DNA of 25,721 nt from Desulfobacterales bacterium (GTDB lineage: Bacteria > Desulfobacterota > Syntrophobacteria > B119-G9): the NCBI GenBank assembly GCA_026992215.1, contig JALXAI010000102.1, forward strand, positions 1 to 25,721, in the 5' to 3' direction. The notes under the pieces are model-generated. The model had not been told where the DNA came from and did not search any database. It worked only from the letters and a program-made list of their open reading frames with translations. The position numbers and the translations under genes are program-made. Shown piece after piece: positions 25,110 through 25,721 of the stretch; within the stretch, counting starts at the first letter, position 1; each line of letters starts with the position of its first letter.

Positions 25110-25721
25110 CTACCTTTCTTTCCACTGCGGTTTTCTTTTTTCAAGAAAAGCCTTTACGCCTTCCTGGGCATCTTCCGTACAGCAGAGCCTTGCGAATACT
25201 TCACCCATGTACTCCAGGGAATCCCCGAAGTTCATATCCCACATGGAATAAAATGATCTTTTGCCCATCTGCAAAGCGACAGGGCTCTTGGACGCCAGTT
25301 CCCTGGCCAGTTTCATGGTTTCTTCTTCCAGTTGATCTTTAGGGACCACCTTATTTACCAGTCCATAGCGCTCCGCTGTTGCTGCATCGATAATATTGCC
25401 CCTTAGAAGCATTTCAAGGGTTCTTTTCTTACCGGTGTGACGGGCAAGAGATACCGCGGGTCCCATGCAGAAAAGGCCAACGTTAATTGCGGTGGTACCG
25501 AATTTACTGTCCTCGGATGCCACGGCAAGATCACACGCAGCCACCAGCCCCGCACCGTTTGCCACGGCGTAACCATGAACACTGGCTATAACAGGCTTCA
25601 TCATTCTCGCAATAGTCCAGTGCATTTCATCCATCATACCGATCCATTTTCTGTATTCCAGAATCGATTTTCCCTCAAAATCGGTAATATCTATGCCGGC
25701 GCAAAAACTTTTGCCTGCACC
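25110..25721 (-). CDS. Enoyl-CoA hydratase/isomerase (crotonase) family protein, 5' truncated by the window end
   Basis: The frame is open to base 25721 (GAGKSFCAGID...); KPVIASVHGYAVANG, AE.YGLVNKVVP, EDAQEGVKAFLEKRKPQW. Confidence 0.95.
   Translation of the reverse strand, partial: GAGKSFCAGIDITDFEGKSILEYRKWIGMMDEMHWTIARMMKPVIASVHGYAVANGAGLVAACDLAVASEDSKFGTTAINVGLFCMGPAVSLARHTGKKRTLEMLLRGNIIDAATAERYGLVNKVVPKDQLEEETMKLARELASKSPVALQMGKRSFYSMWDMNFGDSLEYMGEVFARLCCTEDAQEGVKAFLEKRKPQWKER

Overview
The window has two halves. Bases 1-13,700 form an AT-richer, partly decayed accessory region. It holds an RHS polymorphic-toxin locus: the 3' end of a main RHS gene plus an orphan RHS module, each followed by a probable immunity gene, with both RHS cores carrying an inserted Cys-flanked dockerin-like Ca2+-binding domain. 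It also holds a cobalamin-dependent radical SAM gene preceded by small peptide ORFs, two Slp-family lipoprotein genes, an IS1634-like transposase relic and a fossil integron. The integron consists of an intI 5' remnant, an attI-like site and at least 5 minus-strand cassettes, including MNT-HEPN and RelE-like toxin-antitoxin modules. Two of its attC-like sites are split at the same position by a ~335-bp non-coding element. Bases 13,800-25,721 are mostly housekeeping: MoaD/ThiS-like and ThiF/MoeB-like genes, acyl-CoA carboxyltransferase, valS, nadC, a B-box/membrane/TPR protein, a rhomboid-TPR protease, proC, an orphan hicB and an enoyl-CoA hydratase cut by the window end. The gene content suggests a Gram-negative anaerobe, possibly Desulfobacterota (inference only). 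I saw no rRNA, tRNA or CRISPR array. All alignments and identities were estimated by eye.
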